From contig CBDCTH010000012.1 in assembly GCA_965222155.1 (NCBI GenBank), forward strand, positions 3,424,001 through 3,488,000: a DNA stretch of 64,000 nucleotides, in the 5' to 3' direction. This document shows, piece by piece, positions 63,226-64,000 of the stretch (position 1 is the stretch's first letter; every line of letters begins with the position of its first letter). The translations under genes were made by a program, and so were the position numbers. Under the pieces are notes generated by a model. That model did no database searches. It worked only from the letters and a program-made list of their open reading frames with translations, and was not told the DNA's origin. This stretch comes from Gammaproteobacteria bacterium (GTDB taxonomy: Bacteria > Pseudomonadota > Gammaproteobacteria > Eutrophobiales > Eutrophobiaceae).

Positions 63226-63305
63226 CCCCCTGCTCAACTCCATACAGAGCTTGCCCCTGCGGTTGTAAGCAGGGGGGCAGGCTCTGTATGGAGTTGAGCA
63301 GGGGG
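63226..63305. repeat. Nested GC-rich palindromic mini-element
   Basis: CCCCCTGCTCAACTCCATACAGAGC...GCTCTGTATGGAGTTGAGCAGGGGG arms around an inner CCCCTGC..GCAGGGG hairpin. Confidence 0.85.
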
Positions 63306-64000
63306 GTGGCCTTTGAGGTAGCCGGTGACAAACAGAGCCGTTATGACTGGCTACGTCGGACACTGGTTAAAGTCAACACTTCAGACTGTGGTAAAGCGAA
63401 CAAGGGGGTGCTGATGCGTTACCTGATGCAGGTCAGCGGGTATTCCCGAGCGCAGGTGAAGCGGCTGATTAAACACTACCGGGAGAGCGGGCAACTGGCG
63501 CCGCGGCAGCGCACGGTATGTGGCTTTGCCCGGCGCTATACGCAGACGGATAGCCGCCTGCTGGCGGCCCTGGATGAACGCCATAACACGCCCAACGGGT
63601 TGACCCTGAAGAAGCTCTGCGAACGCGCGTATGAGGTCTTCGGTCAGGCCGAGTATGCGCGCCTGGCCGGTATCTCGGTGTCCCACCTGTACAACCTGCG
63701 CCAATCGCAGACCTACCGGCGTCAGCGGCACACGGTGGAGAAGACCCGTCCGGTCAACCGTAACATCGGCGAACGACGTAAGCCGCAGAGTGACGGCCAA
63801 CCGGGTACTATTCGCATCGATACCGTGCACCAGGGCGATTTGGACGGGGAAAAAGGCGTCTATCCTATCAATGCGGGGTAGATGAGGTGACCCGGTTCGA
63901 GGTCGTGGTCAGTGTCGAGCGCATCAGCGAGGTCTATCTCATCCCGGCCCTTCAATACCTGCTGGAGAGCGTCCCGTTCGTGGTCCTGGGGTTCCATGCC
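63306..64000 (+). pseudogene. Integrase-core (ISNCY/IS481-like) transposase lacking its N-terminus, frameshifted; runs off the window
   Basis: SGYSRAQ..RLI, IS.SHLYNLR, IDTVHQGD, then VDEVT...LGFH in another frame. Confidence 0.75.

Noticed and set aside
62647-63363. 238-aa recombinase as listed in the ORF track
   Set aside because: Real start is MKIGYARVS at 63093; the extension crosses a palindromic insertion and the C-terminus is frameshifted

Overview
Bacterial chromosomal window, most likely from a Gammaproteobacterium (inferred from trxB, leuA-udg-rimI-cysM and rlmD). 0-20 kb is mostly core or catabolic: trxB, a 2-aminophenol 1,6-dioxygenase (amnBA) cluster, leuA with a Leu-codon leader peptide, udg, rimI, cysM, galE, an L,D-transpeptidase and rlmD, interrupted by a TA/ATPase islet at 4.9-11.9 kb. 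20.5-36 kb is a surface-polysaccharide locus with an internal duplication (wzx-sugar transferase-GT2), sulfotransferase pseudogenes and a pEtN-transferase/phosphodiesterase fusion. 36-64 kb is a decayed defence/mobile island: RloAB, ATPase-TOPRIM, PD-(D/E)XK-like nucleases, a ParA pair, AbiE, Uma2 and IS21/IS1380/IS256/IS5 remains. Three things stand out. (1) A family of 245/281-bp non-coding elements with GGGTC(A/G)GACC...GGTCCGACCC ends and internal IHF sites; all ten full or partial copies share one orientation, and most type B copies sit at junctions between unrelated, truncated genes. (2) An intact, tightly coupled methyltransferase + UvrD-like helicase + AlkB-fusion operon. (3) An exact 23-bp-period operator-like array upstream of a DUF4143 ATPase. 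All calls come from reading motifs by eye; no searches were run, and some frameshifts or junctions could be assembly artefacts.
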